Source: Vitrella brassicaformis CCMP3155
Lineage: Eukaryota; Protista; Chromerida
Length of the DNA stretch: 64,000 nt
Direction of reading: 5' to 3'
NCBI GenBank assembly: GCA_001179505.1
Contig: CDMY01000285.1
Location: 62,001-126,000, forward strand
A model generated the notes under the pieces. The model searched no databases. It was not told the origin of the DNA and saw only the letters and a list, made by a program, of their open reading frames with translations. A program made the translations under genes and the position numbers. The first letter of the stretch is position 1. Every line of letters begins with the position of its first letter. This document shows positions 49,686 through 62,112 of this stretch, in pieces.

Positions 49686-50605
49686 ATCAATCGATCAAGC
49701 AAGGAATGAACCTCACTCACAGGCACACACCCATACATGCAGACAAGACGGCCAGCGCACATACCGACAGCACCTCTACTCGGGGATGCTCGGCGTGCAG
49801 CTGGTCCTCGTCCTCTGCATGGTGGGTGGGTGCAGTGGGTGGGTCGGTGGTTGGTCGTCTGGCTGTCTTGTCCGTGTCGGGGCGCCCACCTGTATCGGCT
49901 GACCAGGGGACGTCGTAAGGGAAGGGAAGGCGCCTCGCCGTCTTCTCCTTTACTTGCGGCAGTGCAGGGTCACCGTTGCTGGTGGGTGCCGTTTGTTCGG
50001 CTGCGTGTGCGTACGTGTTTGAGTGAGTGCTCCGCCGCTCACATGACCCCCGTGATGGGACCAAACAGTTGCGTGATTGCATGGTGTGGATGTGACAGAC
50101 GTGATGCATTCGTCGTGAGTGAACGGCTGGCGATTTTCCACCAGAAAGGCGTGTGAGCACTGTGTGTGTCCCCCTCCAATTCTTTCCATTTCCCCGCCAG
50201 CAGTGCAGTACACACATACCATTTGCTGTGTGTGATTTTCAACCACCCGTTGGCCTTTGTTGCAGTGAATCACATGATCCCCCACGAGGACTGACTTGTT
50301 AAAAGGTGCAACTGAGAAGCACCTGACAGACATGCACTGGACAAGGAGAAACAACGGGCGGAAAAAAAACCATGGATGGATGGAAGAGCCTGACATGAAG
50401 CCGAGTCTCACTCACTCAAACATCACACTACCCTACCACCAATCCACGTCCAGTCATCACTAACACCCGCCCGCCACCACCTAACACCGTCTCTCTCGCT
50501 ATCACACACACATCCAGCCGGGCCGGAGCAAGAAAAAAGCCGTACACATAACATACATTCCCGCCTGGATGTGTGTGTGAGAGAGACAGACGTGATTGTG
50601 TCTCC

Positions 50606-51302
50606 CTATGGATACACGCCGAGGCAGCACACGTCAGAGAAAGAGAGAGAGGCCTTAAGGTCATAGGGCAGGGTAGAGTGGCTGCACGTTGTGTAGCAGT
50701 GGGCGCTGCTCGTCCGGCACACGTGACTGAGTACCGTCCGGTTCACGCGGTTGGGGAGGTGACGGCAGGGCGGCAGGAGGCTGTAGTGTTCGCAGTCTTT
50801 GCTGTATCGTGGACAGTGTTGTCTGTATCGTGGACAGATCCGCGCGCACAGCTTGAACCTCAGCCGAAAAAACATCTGAAAGGGAAAATACACGGTGAAC
50901 ACAGCATCCATCGGTGCCCGGTGTGCTTTACGGGGTGGGATGGGCATGTCAGGTACGTCTTGGTCCGGCACGCGTGGCGGAGCGGCGGCCGCTGCACCAG
51001 CACCCTGAGGGGGAGTTGTGAGCGCTCTCAATCGAGCCTGACGCTTCCTGATTGATGGACGGCAAAATAGACACACAGACAGACAGACAGTGCTTGTTCT
51101 GTGTCGTGTTGTGTCGTGCAGTTGTCTGCCTGCCTCCGTGCATGTCTTTCAGTCTGGGTGCCCAACTCCCTCCTCTCTGTCCCGTGCGTACTGCCAGTCG
51201 ACGAGGTATTCCACTATCCCCCAATGCTTCTTTGAGGGCCGGTAACACTCATGGACCTCACTCAGATGGCGAACCATAGGAAGCGTGTTCGTGTTGCCCA
51301 TG
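50606..51302 (-). CDS. Hypothetical protein (2 exons, Cys-rich C-terminus), low confidence
   Basis: ATG at ~51302 (MGNTNTLPMVRHLSEVHECYRPSKKHWGIVEYLVDWQ) can splice via GT-AG across a (CTGT)n-type intron into ORF 50606..51076 (KRQARLRAL..CARICPRYRQHCPRYSKDCEHY..). No homology recognised. Confidence 0.35.
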
Positions 51303-51730
51303 GCGGCGGGTTCTCTCGTCCCCTCCAAGCTCCGAAGTCACAGCCAGTCAGTCAAACTGTTAAACCACTTCCTTCTTACCTCGCTGTGTCGGTTGTGTGG
51401 TTTCAGGACACGAGGCAGGCCGCCTGGATGGATGCGTGCTGCAAGGAAGCTGCATGAATGAGGAAGGCAGAGAGGTGACGAAATGAAGCGCTTCCTTCGC
51501 CAGTGGATCTGCGTGTTACCTGCCGGGCGACGCGTGTGGTTTTGGTGCGGAGATCTGTCTTCTGCAGCGACCTCTGCAAGCTTAGCTCGCGATCCGCTGA
51601 GATCTTTCCCCGAAATGGCTTTTCGCGGCGCTTCCGCCGGTTCTGGTGCATAGGCTGATCATGCGGCTTTCTTCTCTGCGAGATGTCGAGCTTGCGAAGA
51701 AGCTCGCCTCCGTGTAAATACATCCGGTCC

Positions 51731-53625
51731 ATGATTTGCGACGACGATGGCCGTTCTGATGAGCCGCAGGAGTTTCAGGAGATCCGTTGGCCATCGTGGT
51801 GGCGGTCTCGCCCCGCATCAGACATCGCGGCGCACGTACCGGCACTCTACAGACCAAGGCAAGGACAGATCTGGCCAGATCTGCGTCTTGGATGGATGGA
51901 TGGATGAATGGTGGCCATGCTGGTCTCTCTTTTTCTGCGGCAGAAAGAAGCTGGCCTTCGGCGTGAGGGCCATCGACCAGATCCTCCTGTGAGCGAATGT
52001 GGTGTGTCTAAGGCGCTCATCTGGCCGGCTGTTTGGTGTGGTGTGGTGTGTTGCAGGGGTGGGATCCCGTCTGGATGCATCGCGGAGATCACGGTGAGGT
52101 GCAGCTGCGGCCTTTATTCCACTGGCCATCTGCAGTGGGAACCATCAATGTGTTTGTCTGCGCTGCCATGCCCACAGGGGGAGGCGGGCAGCGGCAAGAC
52201 GCAGACGGCAATGCACCTCACGGCGCAGGTCCACTCCACATGAGCCAGCCTCATGCCAGTTCTCTCACTTCTCTCGGTGTGTTGAAATCCCTTTCTTGTG
52301 TGCAGGCCTTGGTATCTCAGCTGGACGTGCCTTCGTCGGGTCGGCAGCCCACAGATGCGGCCGTGTACTACATCTACACCGAGGGCTCGCTGCCTGCCGA
52401 AAGACTTTCGCCCATCGTCGGTCGGTGACATGGATGGATGGCAACCACGGAGGGAGAGAACACAAGGCTTTGTTTGTTTGTTGTGCTGGTGGGTTGTGTG
52501 CGTTTCATGCATATGTCAGAGTCGTCTGTGCGGCGTCACTATGCCAGCCGGGGTGTTGCGGGTGGTGAGTTGGAGGAGAGGGTGCAGCACTGTGTGGGGA
52601 AACTGATGGATCGCATCTATGTGGAACACGTCGAGGACGAGGGGGTGAGATGAGCGGGGAGCGAGGGAGGGAGGGAGGGAGGGAGGGGATGCCCGGAGAG
52701 GGCAGACGGGGCATGAAGGCCTTAGATTAGCACATCTGTCTCTCTCTGATGTGTGGCACCTTTGCAGCGTTTGTCGTATGTGCTGAGCAGCAAGATACCC
52801 CTGCTCATGAGTGTGTTCAAGGTAAGTCCTTCCCATTCGTCTCATCTGCAGATGCCCTCCCTGCCCGTTTGCTTGTGCGTCAGGTGGTGCTGGTGGTGAT
52901 CGACTCCATCGCAGCCATCTTCCGAGTCCCACAGCGGGGGCTCAACAGGGAGTCAGTGAGAGAGAGAAACACCCGCCACGCCCGCCACGCCCGCCACGCC
53001 ACGCCACGCCAACATTCCCCTGTCTGTCTGTCTGTCTGTGGTTTACGGCATTCAGCGGTCTGGCGGCTCGGTCTGAGTCTCTGTTCATCTTGGCGTCGCT
53101 GCTCAAGCGCATCGCCGCCAACCATTCGGCGTGGGTCGTTGTGACCAACCAGGTGTCCCTCGCACAGCTGCCCAGGGGATTCAGAGGCGACGCCAACCAA
53201 TCACACGCTATGGTAGACTCGTAGGCAGGCAGGCAGGCAGCCATCCATCCATCTGTGTCGTGTATTGTTCTGTGTTGGTTGTGATGTGTGGCGTGGGAAG
53301 GTGCGTCCGACGCTGGGCATGGCGTGGTCGACGTGTGTCAACTGCCGGATGATGCTGTCCAAGGCGCGCTGGAGTGGCGGGCGGGAGGTCGCACCCCGAC
53401 AGTTCCACCTCGAGTTCGCACCACACGCGCATCCTGAGAGGTACCTGTACACCCAACCAGACAGAGACAGACTGAGGCACATAGCAGTGTCTCTCTCTCT
53501 CTCTCTCTCTCTCCTCTCTGTGTGTTGACTTCTACTGATCTATCCATCCATCTATCCATCCACGGGTCATTAGGTGTGGGTTTCGCATTGGAAATGGCGG
53601 TATAGAGGGCGTGGAGGAGGCATGA
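51731..53625 (+). CDS. XRCC3: RAD51 paralog, XRCC3-like
   Basis: KKLAFGVRAIDQIL/GGGIPSGCIAEIT/GEAGSGKTQ (Walker A); VYYIYTEG; VVLVVIDSIAAIFR (Walker B); AWVVVTNQV; PTLGMAWSTCVNCRMML. The first intron appears to be GC-AG. Confidence 0.85.
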
Positions 53626-54013
53626 GACATGAAAGAAAGGGACCTGTGGTCTTGCGTGTGGTGTGGTGTGGTGTACAGCGGCGTGTTGCTTGCATGTCTG
53701 TCTGTCTGTCTACTGACTCATTCTTCAACTCGATCATGCTCATGTGACGAAGATATGATTCTCACTGACACAATCTCTCAGTCCATCAAGCAAGCAGTCA
53801 ATGACAACGAAGCAACTCAAACACTGCCACTCGGCAGGCAGGCAGGCAGGCAGGCAAACACCCTTCTGGCCCATCCATCCATTCATCCATTCATCCACCC
53901 ATGATCCATCTAATCTGCAGCAGTCAGTCGGTCGGGATCGATCAGTGTGACAAACAAACACCAACCAGGTAGGCATCAAGCAGCGCAGGCCACAAACAGA
54001 CGTAAAAGGCATC

Positions 54014-54781
54014 TCAGTCGACGGTTTTGCCGCCCCCGCAGCAGCCGCCGCCCTCCTGCGGCCGGCTAATGTGTGCCTTGAGCGGTGGGGGGGTGAACTC
54101 GCCGCCCTGGCCCTTGCCGCTCATTTCCTCGTCCGCCACAAAGCACTGAAGCGTCGTGTCTATCGACATCGCCAACACGTCCTGTCACACACAACACACA
54201 CGCACACGAGAGAGAGAATGGGTGTGGGAGTGCAGCTGGGTGTGGACCATGATGGTCGCCCCGATGACGAGTCCCATGAGGCAGTAGACGATGGTCGGGA
54301 AGATGGGCGACGAGATCTCGTCGCCCTTCCACGCCTCAGTGATGAAGAAACCGACCACACCCGATGCCGCGACGATGCCCAACAGACCCAGGTACCTTCA
54401 CAAGACCACAACACACAGCACACAAAGAGGGAGACCTTCCCTCCCTCTCTCCCCTTGGTTGTGTCTCCCTCTCTCCGTGTGTGTGAACAGGTTTTCTCTT
54501 TTGAAGCTTCACCTGAGTCCCCTGCCGACGACTGCGAGTACGGCGATTCGGAATGCGTTGCGGAGGATGAGGCAGAAGGCGGCCCACGCTGATCTGCAGA
54601 AGTTCTTGCCGAGGAGGGCCACCTGGATGTAGGCGTTCTTGTTGAGGAACTTGATGCACCGCTCGAAGCACGCCACCAGGTACGCCATACAGAGCAGGAG
54701 CTTGACGTACACCATGTTGGCGATGCTCACGCCGCTCAGCAGCTTACCGATGCCGCACGGGCTGCACGCCGCGCACGCCTG

Positions 54782-54813
<32 letters not shown>

Positions 54814-56824
54814 AGAGGCCTCTCTCCCTCCCTCCCTCTCTCTCTCTCTCTCTCTGTCTCTTTCTGTCTGACCTTTGAAGGGTTTTTCTCGGCGTATTGG
54901 GCCTGTCTGGCGAGGTACTGGAGGTAGTACTTGATGAACTGGATGATGGCGAGGATGAGCGACCCGAAGGCCACGCTGCCCATGTGGTAGAAGCAGGCGT
55001 TCCACGCCGCCCTCTTGACGGCCCCCCGTGGCTTCTTGTTGCCGTTGGCGTCCGGCGCCGTGAAGTACCAGATGCCCACCGCACCCGCCAGGATCATCTG
55101 ATTCATGCCGATCAGGAAGGCGTTCGTCCACAGCAGCGAAAAGAACACAAAGGCGAACCCCCGCTGGGTGTCGGTATTCCAGCTGTAGCGCTTCCCTGCC
55201 CACACAGGGAGAAAGAAAGAGAGAGAGAGAGAGAGAGACAGGGAGAGACACAGGTGTGGGTGTGTCCAGGAAGGATGCGAGAAGCCGACCTTTGTTAGAT
55301 TCCTCGAGGTCGACGCTGCTCATGATGAAGAGAGTGATGGTGAGCCAGACGGCGTAGAGGACGATGGTGAGCAGGAAGAATGTGATCGGCAGCAGCAGCA
55401 CCGTCGGCACGTTGTAGATGAACATGGCCGCCGTCTTGACGATCCCGATGCCCAGCCGGATCTGCTTGCACAGGCACAGCGTGATCAGGAATATTATCGC
55501 GCCGATAGCCCACACGACGTAGCCCGTCCACAGCAGCATATCCTGGTACGCCTTGCCGTCCATCTCAGGCGAGTACACGTAGCACGCCGCCCCGCCCGCG
55601 GCGAACATGGCGAACACCAGGAGGAGTGCCACCCAGACGATCACGCCAGCGCAGTACCGGAGGAAGATCAGGTAGAGCATACCGATGATGAGGGCGATGA
55701 TGCCGCTGATGGCGAGGATGGGCCAGGTGACGATGATGTCGCCCACGAAGTTGGTCCACGAGTCGACCAGGCCGGACGGCAGGTAATCGGCGACGTCCTT
55801 GGCCTCACCCGCGTCAAACAGCTCAGGAACGCAGTAGCTGTGGGCAGAGAGACACGAAACAGGAGAGATGGACGCCATTCAACAAGCAGGTAGGCAGGCT
55901 CACCGGCCTGCGATGGAGATTGTGGTTGAGGGCACCGGTACGCAGTATTGCTCAGCATATGGGCAGAGGGACTCATCGAGTGCGGGGAGCTCGGGCTGAC
56001 CGGAGACACCCCAAAGAGTGTAGTTGCGAAATGACGTCACCGTCTTGGATTTGCTGGGGCAGTCAGGCGTCTCCGTCTCCGTCTCGTTGTTTGTCGAATC
56101 CTTCTCTATCTGACGAACAACAACGAGACGCAAGACCATGGTAATGAAGTGTCTCCATCGGAACCCTCCCTTTCGGTCAGTTACCGGAACGTCTTTGAAG
56201 CAGGGGCATTTCTTGACGCAGACGGCTCTGAAGAAGGTGGAGAACTTCGTGACGTCGATCTCGGGGGTGGAGGCCCACTTTGAGGGCTCATTGTACGGGA
56301 AGCCACTGCCGAGCTCTTCGGTGTTGAGGGTGAAGTAGAGGAGGGGGTAATCCGCCTTGTCATCATCAATGTTCTTGTCCTTGACCCCACAGAAATTGTT
56401 CTCGAAGTCCTAACAGACAGACAGACAGACGGACGGACAAAGGGGGCCATCTATGTGTTGTGCTGGTGTTGCCCGAGCGTTACTTGTCCAGCAATGAGTC
56501 TGTTTGGGTTTCCCTTTGAGAAGGCCACGCTGGCGATGGCGATGACGCCGACCACGTGTGCGATGAACAGGAGACAGCAGAGGATGTCGGTGCAGTGGCG
56601 CTTCTTGACGGGGCCGTTGCTGACATCGTTCTTGCCGCCCTTGCGGAACTCCTCGCCGTCCTCTGCGCTCGTACCGACGCCTGCATGCCACCACACAGAC
56701 ACACATACAGACAAAGGGAAGATCACACATGGGATGATGCATGGCGTGTTTCGACAAGACCTTGGCGGCCGGGCTTTTCGTCCGTGACGACGACGACGGT
56801 TGTTGGCGCCTGGTTGTGTGCCAT
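54014..56824 (-). CDS. SLC44A: Choline transporter-like protein (CTL/SLC44 family)
   Basis: GPVKKRHCTDILCCLLF..GNPNRLIAG/DFENNFCG; DIIVTWPIL; IRLGIGIVKTAA; FYHMGSVAFGSLILAI; CFERCIKFLNKNAYIQVALLGKNFCRSA; DTTLQCFVADEE. Stop at 54014-54016. Confidence 0.94.
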
Positions 56825-57148
56825 CCCGTCTCCCCCTACTTGAGCAACGTGTATCTGATAAACACACACACAGCAAGGGAGGAGAAACAGACGAACAACC
56901 GACGCGTGAGCTGCGCTTTTGAGCGCAGCACGAGAGCGTGGAGGACTCTCTACATGCAAACCAATTCAGCTCTCTTGACGCTGGCGGAATATCCTCACTT
57001 TCGTAATGGTTGCTGAAGGGACGCACACCACAGCCGACACGCAATGCGGTCGGCGTTTGCGACAACTGCCGCTGGCAGTCCTCTCGAGACTGCGGGCCCC
57101 ACACCCCGCCCCCGAGACGGCGAGCTCGGAGCTTAGCGCAGATCTCCC

Positions 57149-58716
57149 ATGCAAATGTCATTCAGCGATGCGGACGTCCTGGCGCGCCCACTAGTGATCA
57201 TCGACGACCTGTGGAAGCGCTGCCCGAGGGATCAGAACGGCAAACCAACACACGGTCGGGAAAGGCACATTCGCAGATCTGGTAGATCTGATGACTGTGA
57301 TGGGTGGATCTGTGGGTGGGTTCGTTCAGGGGGCGAGTGTGGATGGTTCTCTGACCGGCTGCAGCTGGATCAGCCACAGAATTGGGCAGATGTGCCATTT
57401 TTCAGTTCGACGAACGAGGTGGTAACGCACCGTGTTGGCACAAAGAAGGATGGATGGATGGATGGATGGACGGTATGTGTTGCCGGCCACACACACAGGT
57501 AGCCGACGGCACGTTGGTGCGTTTTCGTGGCATGGCTTCCGACATCGACTCGAACACCCGCATCTTCGTGACGGCCTACCCATCCGCCGATGGCGACGGC
57601 TACAAGGTGGTCAAGTACAGGCACGACGACGCCTCCCGTCACTGGTCAGGGGCCGCCCATTCGCTGCGGGACTGCTGCGTCACGCACATGCAAGCACACC
57701 ACCTCATCCCCATCCCTGGCCAAACACAGTGGGCCAAGCGCCGAGACGATGAAGGTGCGTATGCCATGGCAGGGAGGGATTCATGAATTATCTGTTCCTC
57801 CCTCCGTCGCCTTTTGGGTTTGGGGATGGGATGCGATGCCCACAGGTGCCGGTAGTGGTGACACGAGTGGGTCGTCGTGTGTGGTGCTGGTGGACAGGGA
57901 GCCGCAGGAGAGCCACCCCCTCGTTCGGGCCGGCCTGCAGCTGCATGAAACCGTCGAAGTCATCGGTAGGTATAGGCAGGCAAAGCAAAGAGGGAGAGGG
58001 GAAAGGTCGCCGCTTGTCGCCCTCGAACTACGTTTCTCGACCTACGCAGGTGTCTACGAGAAGAAAACTGTGGACCTGCCGGACACGTACGTGCGAGAGG
58101 AGACCCATGGTGCCAACAAAGACCTTTTGCGTTTGTGTGTGTTGCCTGCCTGCAGGAGCGGTGGGGAGTGCGTCAAGGCGTCGTGGAACCCATGGTACCA
58201 GCCCTTCATGACAGCAGACGTCGACGGCGGCGGCAGCAGCAGCAACCCCGAAGACACCTCTGGGGAGGACGGCAGTTATGGCAACAGCAGCAGCAGCAAC
58301 AAGACCTACCGGCACGTCATCCACGCCATCGCTGTGCGGACGCTGCAGCACTACTCGCCCATTCTGGCATACACACCGACGGCAGATGTCGAGGTGTGTT
58401 GTGTTGTGTTGTGTTGTTGGTGGACGCACAGAGAGAGAGAGGGAGAGAGGGACGAACGACCAAAGTTCGGCCTGTGTGTGTGTGGCGTCAGGCCCGTAGC
58501 AATGGGTTGGATTTCGCCATGATGCGTCGGAGGATCATCAAACACATAGCAGGGTAGGGGGGGCTGGGAGGCGAGACATCACCTCTTGCCGTGTTCCCTT
58601 CTTTGTGTGTCTCTGTGGCGCTATAGGTGTCTGGGTGGCGACGAGCTGGCCGCCACCTACGTGCTGTGGAGCCTCGCCGCAAGGTGCCTGTCTGTGAACA
58701 CACAGACGGCGTGCCA

Positions 58717-58750
<34 letters not shown>

Positions 58751-60277
58751 TGCAGTTGGTACAAGAATCGTCGTGGCGAGAGGGTCAACCCCTTCTCGCT
58801 GAGCATCCAACACCCCACCATGGCCAACACACACACAAAGTCTCGCCTCATCAACTCCATAGAGCAACTGGCAAGACACACAGACAGCCACACAGAGAGG
58901 GTGAGGGCTCATCCTTGGTGTCGGTCATGCAGGTGTGTCGCGTGGTGAGGTTGCCGATGTCCCGTGAGGCTTTGCAGAAGATGCGTGTGGCGTCGGCCAA
59001 GCACGACGGGCTGGACACTGACGACATGGTGCCGGGCGTGTTGGCCTTGGCCGATGGCACGTTGGTGCTGCTCGACGAGACACTCATGACTGAAGGTGTG
59101 TGTGTGTGGGGGTGCGGGCGGAGATGGATGGATCGATGGGGTGGATGGGGCGGCTGGGATGGCTTGTCTTGTCAGGCACGCTGCACCCCCCTGGGCTGTC
59201 CAACCTCATGGCCCTCGACAGATGTGTACGTCTGTGTGCAAACACGCAGAGGATAATTATTGTGAGAGAGTGTCTGCACCTGTATGACCAGGTGTCTCAG
59301 GGCCTGGTAGAGGTGGACTACGGCGTGTATCGGAAGGACTACAGCGTCGACCTCAACTTTATTGCCATCGCCACAGGTAGGTATGCTACCGATTGGATTG
59401 GTGCACACGTGTCGCGTCTCTGGCTGCCCGCCGGTGGCTGGCTATAGGTTCGTCGCTGCTCAAGTTTGTGGACGTCGCGCTGCCCATAGAGCCGCTGCCC
59501 GTACACACACACACACACACACACAGGAGTCTCAACGAACCATCCCTCCAGCCATCAACGCCGTTATTGTATGTATGTGTCTCGTGTCAGGGCTATGACA
59601 TCGGCAGGGACGTCAGCCCGTCAGTAGTAGAGGTTGACGAGTCGATGCTGGACCAGATGCGGTAGCCAAGAAACACGGACACAGGCTCATCGTTGTGTAA
59701 TATGTATGTCTGTGTGTTGACGAAATGAAATGCAGCTTCTACCTCACAGTGGTCAAGTCCCGCTCCCACGACAAGCCCCTCAACCTCACACAAGACGTAA
59801 GCCACCAAAGGAACGAGACCGGCCGACACACGCCGGTTGGTATGCTCATGTCTCCGATGTATGGCGGTGTATGTGTCATGTGTCATGTGCAGCAGATGGA
59901 TCGCATAGCAGCCAAGTTCGCCGAGGAGCGGGGCAGGGACAGATCCATCCCAAGTGAGCAGAGCACCTGCCAACCAGCCACAGCCACATCATCTTCCTGT
60001 GTGGTGTCTGTGCTGTGCTGTGTCCATCCATGCGCAGCCGACACGCTGCACCTGTGGCTCAAGCTGGCAAGGGCCAACGTGGCCACCTACGGCAGGACAG
60101 AGTGCGAGCACCACTCGTGGTAAGGCGTATCTCTATCTGCTGCACTGGGTGGTGGGTGGATGTCACCATCACCATGATGACGACGACGTTCGGTGCAGGT
60201 TTGACGATGTGGTTGCGATGGAGGACGAGAGGCGCAGGCGCGTCAAGGCGAAAAGGGACACCCCGCAGTGCAACTAA
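57149..60277 (+). CDS. MCMBP: Mini-chromosome maintenance complex-binding protein
   Basis: GTLVRFRGMASDI; ETVEVIG; RHVIHAI; CLGGDELAATYVLWSL; GVLALADGTLVLLDET..GTLHPPGLSNLMAL; VDYGVYRKDYSVDLNFI; LHLWLKLARA. Confidence 0.88.
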
Positions 60278-60415
60278 CTAGTCAATGACGGACGAATCAC
60301 GACTTAGTCGACGGACCGGCCGACTGACTGACTGACCATGTGTGTGATGGATGTTTGGTGTGTGTTGGGACATACGGCGTTCATTCAACGCACACAGACT
60401 CACTCACTCACTCAC

Positions 60416-61636
60416 TCACTCGGTCCTCTTAGTCCACTGGGCGTGCAGGTGGTGCAGCAGAATCCCACACGCCACACCCACATTCAGACTGTCCAGCAAC
60501 ACACCCCCACCCCCACCACCACCATCCCCCCTGTGTAATAATGGTGCCCCCCTGATCTCCACCAAAGTATCGCAGCACCCCAAGACGCTCCTCCGCACAC
60601 CACTGCCTTCATTGCCCAGCACCAGCAGCACAGGACGGCTGTCGTCCAACTTTCCCCAGGACACCTCATCCACACCAACTACGCTAACACCCGGCAAAAG
60701 TCCACCATCCACCCTTGTCCTCCCCTCATCACTCCTTCCCCCATCCTTCTCTCCCTCGCTGTCAGTTTCCCCCTCGCTCACCGCCGCCCCGATGAGCCGA
60801 AAGCCCCTGGCCTGGGACTGCTGCAGGAACCGACCGATATTCTCTGTCTGCGTCAGCTGGATCAGCTCCATCGCACCAGCCGAGGCCTTGGAAGCGGCCG
60901 GGGTCGGCCGGGCGGACGAGGACGACTGCAGCACCACTGAGGAAGCGCCGAAGAAGTAAGCCGACCTGCAGATGGAACCCAGGTTGCCCACGTCCGCCAC
61001 CTGGTCCAGCACTATGTGCAGGGGCATCGTTTGGGTTTGGGTGGTGCCGCTGTCGTCATGTGGCTGCGGTGTGAGCCATGGGATGGCGGGGAGGGGGAGG
61101 GGGGAGGCGCACAGAGCCACCCCCTGGTGTGCGCGGTCGCCTGTCAGGTCGTTCAGCACCACCCTGGGGCACCACCTCACCGCCACGTCAGCCTCCTCAG
61201 CAGCTCCCAATAGATCGACCAGGCCACCCCCGCTCTCAGCTGACGTGCCACTGTAACGGAGGCTGTCCTGCACCAGCAGCTCATAGGCAGTCCGCCGCCG
61301 TGCCCGCAGCGCCGCATACACCACGTTCCGCCCATATAGCAGCTCCGTCCCAGCGGGGAAGGGCGAGTCACCACCACCACCACCACCACCAGGGTGCGAA
61401 TCCTCCTCTCTCCATCTTGCTGAGCCTCTCGCGTCGTCGTCCTCCTTCCTCCTCTGCTGAGATCTCCTCCTTTGCACACCAGCTGGCCTTGCATCATGCT
61501 GCCGTCGGAAGGCGCGGAGGGGCGGCGATGGGTCAGGGGTGCGGTGCCCCAGCTGAGAGGGCAGGAAGGCCTCTCGTGACGAAGCCACAACTGTCACGGC
61601 TGCCATCGAAGCGCTGAACAGCGCCTTGATCGCCAT
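60416..61636 (-). CDS. SpoU/TrmH rRNA 2'-O-methyltransferase (RlmB/MRM1-like), single exon, putative plastid presequence
   Basis: ELLYGRNVVYAAL..HQGVAL..IVLDQVADVGNLGSICRSAYFFGA..SKASAGAME..LLVLGNEGSGVR..CDTLVEI..DSLNVGVACGILL. The start is chosen at MAIKALFSASMAAVTVVASSREA-FLP; the ORF is open further upstream. Confidence 0.92.
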   Translation of the reverse strand: MAIKALFSASMAAVTVVASSREAFLPSQLGHRTPDPSPPLRAFRRQHDARPAGVQRRRSQQRRKEDDDARGSARWREEDSHPGGGGGGGDSPFPAGTELLYGRNVVYAALRARRRTAYELLVQDSLRYSGTSAESGGGLVDLLGAAEEADVAVRWCPRVVLNDLTGDRAHQGVALCASPLPLPAIPWLTPQPHDDSGTTQTQTMPLHIVLDQVADVGNLGSICRSAYFFGASSVVLQSSSSARPTPAASKASAGAMELIQLTQTENIGRFLQQSQARGFRLIGAAVSEGETDSEGEKDGGRSDEGRTRVDGGLLPGVSVVGVDEVSWGKLDDSRPVLLVLGNEGSGVRRSVLGCCDTLVEIRGAPLLHRGDGGGGGGGVLLDSLNVGVACGILLHHLHAQWTKRTE

Positions 61637-61879
61637 CAAATGTGCCGTTTTCTTTCTGCTCGTCACCGAGCACTCAATGCCACACTCATTCAATGAGTCG
61701 GTAGCGTCTTTCCTTCGGTAACAAAGCTCGCATTGCTCGATCCTGCGAGAGTCGTGAGATCTGGAAGCCGAAGGGGTGGAGGCCTCCTCAGGCCCTCTCT
61801 GTGTCGTGCGTCGAGCCGTCTGCTGACTAGTTTGGTTCTCGAGCTCTTTCTTGTGGCGCTTCAATCCGGTGTTGTGAGA

Positions 61880-62061
61880 ATGTCTGGAGGCGGGAGGGAG
61901 GGTGAGGTGCCGCACATCGACCGACTGCTGCGGGAAATCAACGAGTGGAAGTCGCAGGTGGAGAGGGAGCGGGCCGACCACATATTCGAAAAAGCTGAGC
62001 TAGAGGTAGGTACCCACACGACGGGAATGCATCGACGATGGATGGATGGATGGATGGCGCG

Positions 62062-62112
<51 letters not shown>

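Noticed and set aside
61637-61981. N-terminal extension of the RlmB ORF overlapping striatin exon 1 in antisense
   Set aside because: The extension shows no family similarity, and a good presequence begins at 61636; GC-rich DNA readily gives open frames
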